This document shows, piece after piece, positions 1 through 9,902 of a stretch of DNA of 64,000 nucleotides. The stretch comes from Limisphaerales bacterium (lineage in GTDB: Bacteria > Verrucomicrobiota > Verrucomicrobiia > Limisphaerales > SIBE01), in assembly GCA_044225505.1 (NCBI GenBank), contig JBGAIN010000019.1:1-64000 (forward strand). Direction: 5' to 3'. Made by a program: the position numbers and the translations under genes. The notes below the pieces were generated by a model. It saw only the letters and a program-made list of their open reading frames with translations, made no database searches and was not told the DNA's origin. The first letter of the stretch is position 1; every line of letters starts with the position of its first letter.

Positions 1-73
1 CCGCACGTCACCAACGCAGCACGGTCCTTCGCGCCTCCTTCCAACAGGTGACCCGCCAAGGTGGCCCCGAGCA

Positions 74-1441
74 TTACAGGCTCCAGCCTTCGCGATACTG
101 GCGGCGGACGTAACCGTTCGCCGTACTGTCATTTGTGACGCGCATGTTTTCTCCATCCCACAACAATTGCCGATTGGGGAAACGCACCGCCAGATTACCC
201 ATTAGGACCATTTCGGTGAGCGGACCCGAGTAGTCGAAGCTCGCACTCGACGGCTTTCCATCCTTACACGAACGAATCCAGTCTTTTTCGTGGCCATCCA
301 ATCCGCCTGCAACCCGCTCGATCCGCTGCGGCGTTTTGGGCAGTTCGTTCATGATCGAATCTGGAAAGACGCGGGGCTGCCGACCGTAACATCCGCAAAT
401 CAAGACGCCCTTTTCGCCAAGGAAAATAACTCCGCCATCCTCATCTCCGAGACTTTCGTCAGCATCCAAACCTTCCGGCCGAGGTGGCATCATTCCACCG
501 TCCCACCAAGTCAAGTTAACCGCAGGAAGCGTTCCGCGCGCCGGGAACTTGTAACGCACAATGGTGGACCGTGGGTAACACTCATTCCGTGGGTTCGTTT
601 TCTTCCAGAGGCCTTCCCAATAGGTGGAAATGCACCCTTCCACGCTAGTCGGGTAGCGAAGGTTCATTGCCCAAAACGGCGCGTCTAAAAGGTGGCATCC
701 CAGATCACCGAGAGCGCCCGTGCCGAAATCCCACCAGGCGCGCCAGGTCCCTGGAATGTATGCCGGATGGTACGGTCGGTAAGCCGCTGGACCGATCCAC
801 CGATCCCAATCCAGCCCTTCCGGCACCGCGGGGGTTTCCTTGGGCCGCTCCATTTCAACACTCTGCGACCAGACCGGTCGGTTCGTCCACACGTGGATGT
901 CGCGCACGGCCCCGATCGTGCCGGCCTCGATCCATTCCCGCACCAGACGGGTGCCATCGCCGGAATGTCCCTGATTCCCCATTTGCGTCGCTACCTTATG
1001 CTCACGCGCCGCCAGCGTCAGGACGCGGGCTTCATGAACCGAATGGGTCATCGGCTTTTGGACGTAGACATGTTTGCCAGCGCGAATAGCGGCCAAGGCA
1101 ATCACCGCGTGACTATGGTCAGGCGTCGCCACGATGACCCCTTCGATATCCTTTTGTTTTTCGAGCATCTCCCGAAAATCACGGTATACCGTCGCTTTGG
1201 GATATTCCTTGAACGTTTTCGCCGCGTATCCCTGATCGATGTCGCACAGCGCAACGATGTTTTCTCCGTCGCAATGTTTAAGATTACTCTTCCCCATACC
1301 CCCGACGCCAATGCCCGCAATATTGAGCTTCTCACTCGGCGCCTTCTGGCCGGAGCCCCCTAAGACATGCCGGGGCACAATGGACACAACCGAACTGACC
1401 AAAGCTGCGGTTTTGAGGAATTGACGACGATCCGTTTTCAT
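74..1441 (-). CDS. Tat-exported Gfo/Idh/MocA family oxidoreductase
   Basis: Start moved to MKTDRRQFLK (twin-arginine signal); Rossmann GIGVGGMG, ATPDHSH, HVYVQKP and WWDFGTGALGDLGCH motifs. Confidence 0.9.
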   Translation of the reverse strand: MKTDRRQFLKTAALVSSVVSIVPRHVLGGSGQKAPSEKLNIAGIGVGGMGKSNLKHCDGENIVALCDIDQGYAAKTFKEYPKATVYRDFREMLEKQKDIEGVIVATPDHSHAVIALAAIRAGKHVYVQKPMTHSVHEARVLTLAAREHKVATQMGNQGHSGDGTRLVREWIEAGTIGAVRDIHVWTNRPVWSQSVEMERPKETPAVPEGLDWDRWIGPAAYRPYHPAYIPGTWRAWWDFGTGALGDLGCHLLDAPFWAMNLRYPTSVEGCISTYWEGLWKKTNPRNECYPRSTIVRYKFPARGTLPAVNLTWWDGGMMPPRPEGLDADESLGDEDGGVIFLGEKGVLICGCYGRQPRVFPDSIMNELPKTPQRIERVAGGLDGHEKDWIRSCKDGKPSSASFDYSGPLTEMVLMGNLAVRFPNRQLLWDGENMRVTNDSTANGYVRRQYREGWSL

Positions 1442-1894
1442 GGGCAGAGAGATGTTGCGATTGCTGTTTGCCGAAGATAAGAACGGCCGCTGCCCCAAGG
1501 CAATGGTCAATTTCAACCAGAAACTGTGGTGAGGCGGGTTGCCCCAGAACGCGCATGAGACCTTGGCTTCGCTTTCCCGGTGCGGAAGGCCATTGAAATG
1601 TCTCACATTTCGAGAACAATTTGCGGACGTGGTGTGAGACAATTCGCGGCCAATGACCTGTTCGACCGGTCAAAACTCGCTATGCGTCAATGGATTACAC
1701 CTAAAACGACCATTGTGTCAGGCTCAATCGGAGCACGGAGGGCGGTCATGCTGCACAGTCGGAGCGCCTTCGCTGGCGAGGCGTTTGAGTTGCGTTAAAG
1801 GCAGAGGGACAGGTCGCATGCCCGCGTGCGCCGAGTTCGGCTGGGGTTCCGCAGCACCAGAACGGGGCCTAAGCGTCCCTGGGCCGCTTGGGCC

Positions 1895-2665
1895 TCAAGC
1901 TGTCGGCTGGGGCTGGCTCACGACGACCGGTTCGGCAGGAGCTTCGTCGATCCGCGCTCCGCATTCTTGCTCAAAGCGGATCGCGTGTTTGACCAAGTCC
2001 ATCGAGGTGGGCAAGTTCAACTTTTCTTTGATGTGAGCGCGATGACTTTCGATCGTTTTCACGCTCAGGAAGAGGAGCTGCGACATTTGGCGCGTGGTCT
2101 TTCCCTGTCCGATCATGCGGAAAATATCCAATTCGCGATCACTCAGGCTCTCCAGGGGGCTACGGGTCGTCGGTTCTTGCTGCAGCAAGCGTCGCATCAC
2201 CTGTTTTTCCATACGCGGACTCAGGTAGGTGTCTCCGTCGAGCACCCGGCGGATGGCCAACAACAACGTATCGGTCGCTTCCTGCTTCATCAGGTATCCG
2301 GCTGCCCCAGCGCGCAAGGCGCGGGCGGCGTAAAGGGACTCGTCATGCATGGAAAGAACCAGCACGAGCTGTTTGGGGAACCTGGCTTTAATATCTTTCA
2401 ATAATTCCAGCCCCCCTCGGCCTTTCAGGGTAATGTCCAGCAACACCAAATCTGGTTTCAGTTTTTCAATGTTCTGCAGTGCGGAGGCGTAATCGTCCGC
2501 CGTGCCGCAGACCTGCAAGTCGTTCTCGTAGTTGATCAGGCCAGTCATGCCTGTGCTCACGACGAGATGATCTTCCACCAAAAGGATGCGGCGCCGGTTC
2601 GCGGCAGCTGGAGTCGCCGTTTGATTGAGCTCATCCGTTCGGGTTGCAAGCACTGTTGTCTTCAT
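1895..2665 (-). CDS. NarL/LuxR-family response regulator (REC + HTH)
   Basis: ILLVEDH...VLLDITL...LSMH...GYLMK receiver; LSDRELDIF...SVKTIESHRAHIKEKL LuxR helix-turn-helix. Confidence 0.92.
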   Translation of the reverse strand: MKTTVLATRTDELNQTATPAAANRRRILLVEDHLVVSTGMTGLINYENDLQVCGTADDYASALQNIEKLKPDLVLLDITLKGRGGLELLKDIKARFPKQLVLVLSMHDESLYAARALRAGAAGYLMKQEATDTLLLAIRRVLDGDTYLSPRMEKQVMRRLLQQEPTTRSPLESLSDRELDIFRMIGQGKTTRQMSQLLFLSVKTIESHRAHIKEKLNLPTSMDLVKHAIRFEQECGARIDEAPAEPVVVSQPQPTA

Positions 2666-2929
2666 GGCAATCTGGTTCTTCTCGTTGCGTCCGGCACTCG
2701 GTCGAGGCCTTCGTTCAGCAGGCCGAGTGGACTAAACCAGATCTAGAGTCCCACGTCTCTCGGGGAAGCCCTGAAATTTGCGTCCGGGCAATCCAGATCC
2801 ATTAAGCCGTGTTGCCCCAGAGGCTGTTATAGCGGACCTGACCGCGGAGACGCGCTCGCGTTTTCCGGGAAGAGGATTGATGTCGGCGACGCAACCTGGG
2901 AGCTTCGCCCCAGCCAAAATCCGACGCTT

Positions 2930-3295
2930 ATGTGCACTGTGCTGGAACTGAATCATGTCGCGCTCCACGTCAGCGACGTGGAGCGAAGTTGTCACTTTTA
3001 TCGCACCGTCTTGAAGCTCGAACCGATGCCCCGACCGGCGTTCACGTTTCCTGGCGCTTGGTTTCGACTGGGCTCAACGCAGGAATTGCACCTGATTGGC
3101 GACCGTTCCGATCCGGTCCATTCGGGCAATCGCGGCAATCACTTTGCCTTGCGGGTGAAAGACCTGGCTCCGTGGGTAGAGTGGTGGCAGAGCCTTGGGG
3201 TGGAATTCCGTTCGCCACAAGCTCGGCCCGATGGCGCGATCCAGGTCTTCGTGCGTGACCCGGACGGTCACACCATTGAGCTGTTTACTGATTAA
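2930..3295 (+). CDS. VOC/glyoxalase family protein
   Basis: LNHVALHVSDVERSCHFY, HFALRV and DPDGHTIE motifs. Confidence 0.88.
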   Translation: MCTVLELNHVALHVSDVERSCHFYRTVLKLEPMPRPAFTFPGAWFRLGSTQELHLIGDRSDPVHSGNRGNHFALRVKDLAPWVEWWQSLGVEFRSPQARPDGAIQVFVRDPDGHTIELFTD

Positions 3296-4061
3296 CCAAA
3301 GCGCGGCGATTCTCGAAATAAGCGTCTCGCAGAGAAACGTACGGGTCGAACGACGACTTGATGAAGCTTTCGTACTCCCCCAGGCGTAACGAAGCCGAGT
3401 TCACGGTATCGCCACCCCGAGTGCCGAGAGTGACTTCCCAGCCGCCGATGTAATGGAGTGGGCTGAGAAAGCTGTCTCCAATCGTTCCGACCGTTCCCCG
3501 CACGCTGGAGGGCCCAAAAATCGGCCAGTTCAGGTAAATGCCCGTTGGTAGTCGATAGAATCCCAGCGTTTGGTCCAAGTCTTCAGGGTAAGAAGTCAGG
3601 TCCCATTCATCGCCGGCCGGATCGAACAACCCACCGATTCCGACTGTGGAATTCACCAGGAATCGAGCGGTCTCCACGCCCGCTTGTTCGAACTTGGCTT
3701 GGAGCAAGTTGTTCACCAGGCGGACGGGATAACGGACATTGATGAAAGCGCGCTTGATGCTCTGACGAAACGGTTCGGGAAAGATGGTGCCGTACGCCTT
3801 TCCCACCGGGCGCAAAACCCAGAAGTAAAGGCGGTCATTGAACTTGAACAACGCACGATTCACTTTCTCTAGCGGGTCCGAGATTTTCACGGGTGGCGAG
3901 TTCGTCTCTCCTTCTTTGGCGAAAGGATCCTGGAAAAAGGATTCCTCAGCGCTGGAAGTGCCAATCTGCGAATCGCGAGTGATCGCGGGAGCGGCCGGCT
4001 CATCGGCGGAAACGGCGAGCCACGAGGTGAACAGGACGGCCAGGAGAAAAAGTCGTTTCAT
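3285..4061 (-). CDS. mlaA: MlaA/VacJ family outer-membrane lipid asymmetry protein
   Basis: DPLEKVNR, RFLVNSTVGIGGLFD, EDLDQTLG, GPSSVR and DPY motifs; last gene of the mla cluster. Confidence 0.92.
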   Translation of the reverse strand: MKRLFLLAVLFTSWLAVSADEPAAPAITRDSQIGTSSAEESFFQDPFAKEGETNSPPVKISDPLEKVNRALFKFNDRLYFWVLRPVGKAYGTIFPEPFRQSIKRAFINVRYPVRLVNNLLQAKFEQAGVETARFLVNSTVGIGGLFDPAGDEWDLTSYPEDLDQTLGFYRLPTGIYLNWPIFGPSSVRGTVGTIGDSFLSPLHYIGGWEVTLGTRGGDTVNSASLRLGEYESFIKSSFDPYVSLRDAYFENRRALVNQ

Positions 4062-4082
4062 AGAGAAAACCTAGAGGACAGC

Positions 4083-4709
4083 TCAGGGGTTGGGGACGAC
4101 CTTGCTTTTCAAGTCATCAACCAACGCTTGATACGTCGAGCGGTTGAGGATTTCCTCGAATTGCGTCCGATAATTCTTCACAAAACTGACCCCTTCAATA
4201 ATCACGTCATAAACGCGCCAAGCCCCGGAAGCGGCCTTTTCGAGCCGATATTCCACGGGATGGTCAATCTTCTGTTTCGTGCGCACGATCGTCTTCACGG
4301 AGGCAAAGTTGCCCTCCAAGATGCGTTCCCCCTGATACTCGATCGTGTCGAGTTGGTTGTAATACGGCTCAATCCGGTCCAGGTAAGTGCGCTCAAGGAA
4401 CTGTTTAAACAGTTCCACAAATTCGTCTCGTTCCTTTGGGGAGAGTTTGGTCCAATATCGGCCCAGGCAAGACCGGCATATCGTTGCCCAATCAAATCGC
4501 TCTTCCAACTCTTTGCGAATGAGCCGATGACGTTCAGACCGCTTCTCTTCTTTCTGCAATGCGGGATCATTTAGAATCCCAATAATCTTATCCGCAGTAC
4601 TTCGCACCTGGCTGAGTGGACGGTCGGGCGCAACAGCGGCACCGAGCAGGGCCAAGCCCAAAATCGCTAAAACGAACGGGCGACACTTCATTCTCATACG
4701 GTCCATCAC
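4083..4709 (-). CDS. mlaC: MlaC/Ttg2D periplasmic phospholipid shuttle
   Basis: Signal peptide; WRVYDVIIEGVSFVKNYRTQF motif; operon context. Confidence 0.9.
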   Translation of the reverse strand: MMDRMRMKCRPFVLAILGLALLGAAVAPDRPLSQVRSTADKIIGILNDPALQKEEKRSERHRLIRKELEERFDWATICRSCLGRYWTKLSPKERDEFVELFKQFLERTYLDRIEPYYNQLDTIEYQGERILEGNFASVKTIVRTKQKIDHPVEYRLEKAASGAWRVYDVIIEGVSFVKNYRTQFEEILNRSTYQALVDDLKSKVVPNP

Positions 4710-5179
4710 TTCGTGGGCGCAGGTCCAGGCGCTGGCTTATCCAAATTGCCATGCACATACTTGGAGATGAGCCCTTCAATGTCCATGGCCGGTTCAGTAT
4801 CATGAATCACGCCGCCAGGACGCAGCTTCTCTTCCGCTCCACCAGGTGTCACTTCCACATACTTTTCCCCGATCAGCCCCTTGGTCTTAATCGACGCAAT
4901 TACGTCTTTCTGAAGCGCGATTTGATCCTGGATCATCATTTGCACTCTGGCTTCGTAATCTTGCAGGCTGATTTTCTTCACCCTCCCGATCTCAACTCCA
5001 GCGATCATGACGGAGGAACCCGCTTTAAGACCGCTGCAATTGCTGAAGATCGCTTGCACCTCATAACCTGAGGTATTAAAAAAGTCGTGTCGCGCCACCT
5101 TGATACTAAGGTATGCAAGGCAAAGGATCCCAAGGCTTAAGAAAGCGCCCACGACTAACTCGAGGTTAGAAGATTTCAT
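4706..5179 (-). CDS. mlaD: MlaD (MCE domain) protein
   Basis: N-terminal TM helix; GLKAGSSVMIAGVEIGRV and IKTKGLIGEKYV MCE motifs. Confidence 0.93.
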   Translation of the reverse strand: MKSSNLELVVGAFLSLGILCLAYLSIKVARHDFFNTSGYEVQAIFSNCSGLKAGSSVMIAGVEIGRVKKISLQDYEARVQMMIQDQIALQKDVIASIKTKGLIGEKYVEVTPGGAEEKLRPGGVIHDTEPAMDIEGLISKYVHGNLDKPAPGPAPTK

Positions 5180-5414
5180 CGGCAAGCCCAGTTAATGCGG
5201 CACCATTGACACAGCTTACATGACGGAAAGGTTTTGCCAATGCCAGACTCGATAATGCGAAGCAACTGGCGGTAACCCAACGGTTTGGACGAAGACGATT
5301 GGGCTAGGACGCGCGGTTGGGGACCGCGATTTGGTTGCGAAAGAGGCCGGATATTTGGCTTCAAGTCTTTCAATGATAACAACCTAAGCTAGTTCAGCAC
5401 CTCTTCATAGCTAT

Positions 5415-5505
5415 ATAACACGGAGATAACAGGGATTTAACAGGGAAATAACACGGGTTTTATCCCTATTATCTCCCTATTAAACCCTTGTTCATTCCGT
5501 GTTAA
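5415..5505. repeat. Imperfect 91-bp palindrome built from 4+4 tandem 11-bp units
   Basis: ataacacggag/ataacagggat/ttaacagggaa/ataacacgggt, then ttt, then atccctattat/ctccctattaa/acccttgttca/ttccgtgttaa (inverted copies). Confidence 0.85.
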
Positions 5506-5569
5506 ATACGAATTGAGGCCATCGAAACCTGCAAGATTCGCTTTTCTGTGGGGTCCCTTCTCCTCTGGG

Positions 5570-6316
5570 TCAACGATATTGGATCGGCCCGTCCGCTCGG
5601 CCGTGCACAAACTGTTGTAAATACGGATTCTGCGAACTCATCACGTCCTCTGGCGCTTCCACCGCCACAATCTTCCCCTCGTGCAACATCGCTACCTTCT
5701 GCACAATTCGAAACATCTGCGGAATATCATGGGATACAAGGATTCCCGTGAGTTTCAGACGCCGATGAACCGAGTCGAAAAGTTCCAGAATGGAATTCGA
5801 GACGATCGGGTCCAACCCGGTGGTCGGTTCGTCAAAAAGCACGATCTCAGGGTCGCGAATGAGCGTCCGCGCCAAGGCGACGCGTTTAATCATTCCGCCA
5901 CTCAAATGGGCCGGGTATTTGGCTTCGGCACCACTCAACCCAACTTGATCCAGTTCCGCCCGAACCCTTTGAGCGATGGCAGACTCGCTCATCTGCCCCC
6001 GTTCGCGGAGTGGAAACGCCACATTATCGAAAACGGTCATGGAATCGAACAAAGCGCCACTTTGGAAGACGTATCCAATTCGGCTGCGGAGCTGTTCCAG
6101 GTTTTTGCCGGAGATTGACGCCAGATCGGCCCCGTCCACAGTGATGCGGCCGCGATCCGGAGTGAGCAATCGAACAATATGCTTGAGGAGGATGCTTTTG
6201 CCGGTGCCGCTGAGGCCGATCAGAGCCACGAATTCGCCCGACTCCACCGTTAGGTTCACGCCCCGCAACACCTGTTGGTTTCCAAACGCCTTCCAAAGAT
6301 CTTCAATTTGGATCAT
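5570..6316 (-). CDS. mlaF: MlaF ABC transporter ATPase
   Basis: Start MIQIEDLWK; Walker A GLSGTGKS, FQSGALFDSMTV, LSGGMIKRVALAR, DEPTTGLDP. Confidence 0.93.
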   Translation of the reverse strand: MIQIEDLWKAFGNQQVLRGVNLTVESGEFVALIGLSGTGKSILLKHIVRLLTPDRGRITVDGADLASISGKNLEQLRSRIGYVFQSGALFDSMTVFDNVAFPLRERGQMSESAIAQRVRAELDQVGLSGAEAKYPAHLSGGMIKRVALARTLIRDPEIVLFDEPTTGLDPIVSNSILELFDSVHRRLKLTGILVSHDIPQMFRIVQKVAMLHEGKIVAVEAPEDVMSSQNPYLQQFVHGRADGPIQYR

Positions 6317-6324
6317 GGTCCGAT

Positions 6325-7092
6325 TTAGAAGACAAAAGACGTCACCACGTAATCCCAGACCAGGATTAGGACAGAGGTATTGACGACCGCTTGGGTTGTG
6401 GCAGCACTGACGCCTTCCGCGCCGAATCGACTGTAATACCCTTTGTAACAGCAAACCCAGGCAATCAAGACGCCAAAGCTCATGGCTTTGTAGATGCCAC
6501 CGACGATGTCATTGACCTCGACGTAACTGTTCATTTCACCGAAATACGTGCCCGCGTTGAGCCCGAGCAATCGGACTCCGACCAAGTAGCCTCCCATCAA
6601 GCCGATCACATCAAAGATGGCGGCAAGCATGGGCAACGCGATGAGACAAGCCAACAGATTCGGCACCACCAGATATCTCAACGGGTTGAGGCCCATGAGT
6701 TGCAGAGCGTCGATCTGATCGTTGGTGCGCATAATGCCGATTTCAGCGGCAATCGCTGACCCCGCACGGCCGGTCACCATGAGAGCCGCGAGCACCGGAC
6801 CGAGTTCACGAATGAGCGACAACGCGACCAGCGGGCCAAGGAACGCTTCCGATCCCACGCGCCGCAACGTCGGAAATCCCTGGAGGGCGAGGACCATGCC
6901 GGTAAATCCGCCGGTCAAGCAGATGACCAGCATCGATTTCCAACCGACGAACCAGATCTGTTTGAGGATCCTGGGAAACTTCCAGGGCGGGGTGAGGGTG
7001 CACAGAGTCGTCTCGCCCAGAAATACCCCAGCGCGACCGAGACGCTGGATGCGAGTCAGGAACCAAGAGCCTAGGGAGGTCAGGGCTTGCAT
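6325..7092 (-). CDS. mlaE: MlaE ABC transporter permease
   Basis: RELGPVLAALMVTGRAGSAIAAEIGIM...QIDAL; GAEGVSAATTQAVV. Confidence 0.94.
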   Translation of the reverse strand: MQALTSLGSWFLTRIQRLGRAGVFLGETTLCTLTPPWKFPRILKQIWFVGWKSMLVICLTGGFTGMVLALQGFPTLRRVGSEAFLGPLVALSLIRELGPVLAALMVTGRAGSAIAAEIGIMRTNDQIDALQLMGLNPLRYLVVPNLLACLIALPMLAAIFDVIGLMGGYLVGVRLLGLNAGTYFGEMNSYVEVNDIVGGIYKAMSFGVLIAWVCCYKGYYSRFGAEGVSAATTQAVVNTSVLILVWDYVVTSFVF

Positions 7093-7117
7093 TCTCCGCC
7101 GACAAGGGTGGGTACTG

Positions 7118-8419
7118 TCATTGGGCGGTCAACACGACGTAGTTCCGCTTGCCTTTGCGCAATAACAGGTACCGGCCAAACAACAGTTCAGCGGTCGTAA
7201 TCTGTCGCTCAAGACTGGCTTCACGGTTATTGTTTAAATAAATACCGCCTCCCTCGATGTCTCGGCGAGCTTGTCCTTTACTGTTAGAAAGTCCAGCCAG
7301 CACTAAAGCATCCACCAAGGGGAGGCCCGCGCCTTCCAGCAGAGCGCGGGGAGTGTCCTTCGAGGGTGCTTCATTCACGATGTCCTGAAACGTGGTTTCG
7401 GAGATCCCTTCGAGGCCACCGCCAAAAAGGATGTCGCTGGCCCGAATCGCCTCAGACGTGGCGGCGGGTCCGTGCACCAAATCCGTGACCGCTTTTGCCA
7501 ACGCTTTATGAGCGATCCGCGCTTCGGGCTTGGAAGCATGCTGCTGCTCTAACGCTCCGACTTCTTCCTGCGATAGGAAGGTAAAGTATTTGAGATACCG
7601 GACCACGTCGCGGTCGTCGGTGCGCACCCAGAACTGATAAAACCGGTAAACACTCGTTCGTTTGGGATCAAGCCACACAGCCCCCTTCTCCGTCTTGCCG
7701 AACTTAGTGCCGTCGGCGTTGGTGATTAAGGGCAACGTTAAGCCGAAGACTTGGGCGCTCAGTTTCTTACGGGCCAGGTCGATGCCCGCGGTAATGTTGC
7801 CCCATTGGTCACTTCCGCCAATCTGCAACTCGCATTGGAAATCGCGGCGCAGCACGTAGAAATCAAATGCTTGCAGGAGCATATAACTGAACTCGGTGTA
7901 GCTAATGCCCGTTTCGCGGTCTTCCATACGAGCGCGGACACTCTCTTTGCTGACCATCATGTTCACCGAAAAGTGCTTTCCAATGTCGCGCAAGAAATCG
8001 AGAAAGCTCATCGAGACCGTCCAGGTCGCGTTATCGAGGAGCTGGGCGGGGTTGGCAACACTCTCGAAATCCAAGAGTCGGCGGAGCTGCTCCTTCACGC
8101 CGGCGATGTTGGCTTCCAATCGCTCCCGGGTGAGGAGTTGGCGCTCGGCCGCTTTGCCACTCGGATCGCCGATCAAGCCGGTGGCGCCGCCCGCCAGAGC
8201 GATGGGAGAATGGCCGAACAACTGGAATCGTCGCAACCCAAGGAGCGGCACCAGATTGCCCACATGCAAACTGTCCGCGGTGGGATCGAACCCGCAATAC
8301 AAGGTCAGCCGGCTGGTCGTCAGCCGTTGCTGCAACAGTTCAGGCTCGGTCGCGTCGTTGATCAGGCCGCGCCATTGTAGGTCTTGATAGATCGACCGTG
8401 CGTTCGCTTCACTGCTCAT
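7118..8419 (-). CDS. tyrS: Tyrosine--tRNA ligase
   Basis: YCGFDPTADSLHVG (HIGH), QIGGSDQWGNI, KFGKT (KMSKS), C-terminal S4-like domain. Confidence 0.97.
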   Translation of the reverse strand: MSSEANARSIYQDLQWRGLINDATEPELLQQRLTTSRLTLYCGFDPTADSLHVGNLVPLLGLRRFQLFGHSPIALAGGATGLIGDPSGKAAERQLLTRERLEANIAGVKEQLRRLLDFESVANPAQLLDNATWTVSMSFLDFLRDIGKHFSVNMMVSKESVRARMEDRETGISYTEFSYMLLQAFDFYVLRRDFQCELQIGGSDQWGNITAGIDLARKKLSAQVFGLTLPLITNADGTKFGKTEKGAVWLDPKRTSVYRFYQFWVRTDDRDVVRYLKYFTFLSQEEVGALEQQHASKPEARIAHKALAKAVTDLVHGPAATSEAIRASDILFGGGLEGISETTFQDIVNEAPSKDTPRALLEGAGLPLVDALVLAGLSNSKGQARRDIEGGGIYLNNNREASLERQITTAELLFGRYLLLRKGKRNYVVLTAQ

Positions 8420-8478
8420 GTCAGGCGGAAGTTATCGCGGTCCCAATCCCGCGGCACAAGGCGAAACATTTGGAGGGA

Positions 8479-9354
8479 TTATGTGGACAGAGTTTTGGCG
8501 GTCCGTTCGATGGCATTTAGAAACGCCTGAATGATCGGGCTGACCTTGCCTTGCCAAACAGCGCCGATGGAGATCGGCTCAAAGTTCTCCAGAGGTAACA
8601 TCCGCAAGGGCGGCTCTACCTTGGCTTTAGGCAAGGCGACGGAAAGCCCAATGCCATAACCGTGCGCCACGTAGGTTTCCACGAGTTTCAAAGTGCTCAC
8701 CTCGATGCCAGGAAACCAGTCGACCCCTTGGCGGCTGAGGGCGCGGAGAAAGCTCCGATAGATCGGCTCATTCGCCGGCAGACTAATCAGGGTTTCGTCG
8801 ATCCGATCGCGCGCCCAAAGCTCTGCAGCACAAGTGATTTTGCTATCTTCCCGCACCAGAAGCACGAGCGGGAGAGAGATCAAGGCACAGCCATGCATGC
8901 CCGCTGGGGGTTTGTTTTCCAGGACCGTCACGATCAAGTCTAATTCCTGTTTCTGCAGCGCGGAATAAAGCTGGGGATGATACCCTTCCCGCAAGGTGAG
9001 CTTGAGCTTGGGGAACTTCTTGCGAACTTCCGCGACGATCATGGGCAAGTAGTCGCGCAGCACAATTTCTGACGCCCCAATGCGAATGTGTTGAGAGACA
9101 CCGCCGCGCAACCGATCCGCAGTGGCACTAAGGTTCTCAAAGAAGGGGCGGATGAAGTCGAACAGCTCTTGACCGCCTGGGGTGAGGGCAAAGGGACGGC
9201 GATGGAACAACGTCAGGCCTAACGATTCTTCCAGCTGAATGACTTGGGCGCTCATGGCGGGCTGCTGGATTCCGTAGGGCATATGGCGCACCCCTTCACT
9301 GATGCCGCCGTGTTTGGCAACATAGTAGAACAGCTCCAGATGATGGATGTTCAT
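8479..9354 (-). CDS. LysR-family transcriptional regulator
   Basis: Start MNIHHLELFYYVA; QPAMSAQVIQLEESLGLTLFHR HTH; substrate-binding domain. Confidence 0.9.
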   Translation of the reverse strand: MNIHHLELFYYVAKHGGISEGVRHMPYGIQQPAMSAQVIQLEESLGLTLFHRRPFALTPGGQELFDFIRPFFENLSATADRLRGGVSQHIRIGASEIVLRDYLPMIVAEVRKKFPKLKLTLREGYHPQLYSALQKQELDLIVTVLENKPPAGMHGCALISLPLVLLVREDSKITCAAELWARDRIDETLISLPANEPIYRSFLRALSRQGVDWFPGIEVSTLKLVETYVAHGYGIGLSVALPKAKVEPPLRMLPLENFEPISIGAVWQGKVSPIIQAFLNAIERTAKTLST

Positions 9355-9494
9355 AGATTTGGTAATGAGGCTTCCCTCAAACTGACCTTGCGCCACGCGC
9401 CATGCAAGCTTAAGCCCTGATAGGCCAGCGGCATTGTCGTTGACGTTCGTTAGCGGCTTTGCCAGGATGTCTACGGTCGAGCCAGACCCGTGCC

Positions 9495-9815
9495 ATGACG
9501 AACTACGTTGATCTTCCTTTCAACAAGAAGTTAAACCTGCTTCGCGATCACGATTTCTCGGGCCGATGGCCCGATTTGGATCATGAACGGTGGTGCCTGC
9601 ATTGTGGCAAGAAATTCAACGGCCATTCTGTCCGCGTCTGGCAAGATAATGACCGCAACCTCTGGCTCGAATGCGGCACCCCGGAATGCTCCGGATCTCC
9701 TATCGATTGGGCGGATTTCCCATGGTGGGACGAAAATCATCCGCTGACCAAGAATCGGCGAAAATCCCGCAAGAAACGAAGCAAGAAAGATCCGGGCGCC
9801 GATTCCACTTGGTAA
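9495..9815 (+). CDS. Small putative zinc-binding protein with basic tail
   Basis: WCLHC...ECGTPEC cysteine pairs; KNRRKSRKKRSKK tail; fills the gap divergent from LysR. Confidence 0.65.
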   Translation: MTNYVDLPFNKKLNLLRDHDFSGRWPDLDHERWCLHCGKKFNGHSVRVWQDNDRNLWLECGTPECSGSPIDWADFPWWDENHPLTKNRRKSRKKRSKKDPGADSTW

Positions 9816-9902
9816 CCTTGGTAACGACAAGCCTCTTCCTGCGAGGTTTCAGCCGTCATCGGAGAGTCCCTGCGGCACCCAAGGCTCAGCACTTGCCTAG
9901 CT

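Noticed and set aside
5176..5382. 68-aa ORF in the mlaF-mlaD gap as a possible mlaB
   Set aside because: No STAS-like features and a weak start; not supportable
5415..5505. CRISPR interpretation of the repeat array
   Set aside because: Units are 11 bp, contiguous and spacerless, and no cas genes are present
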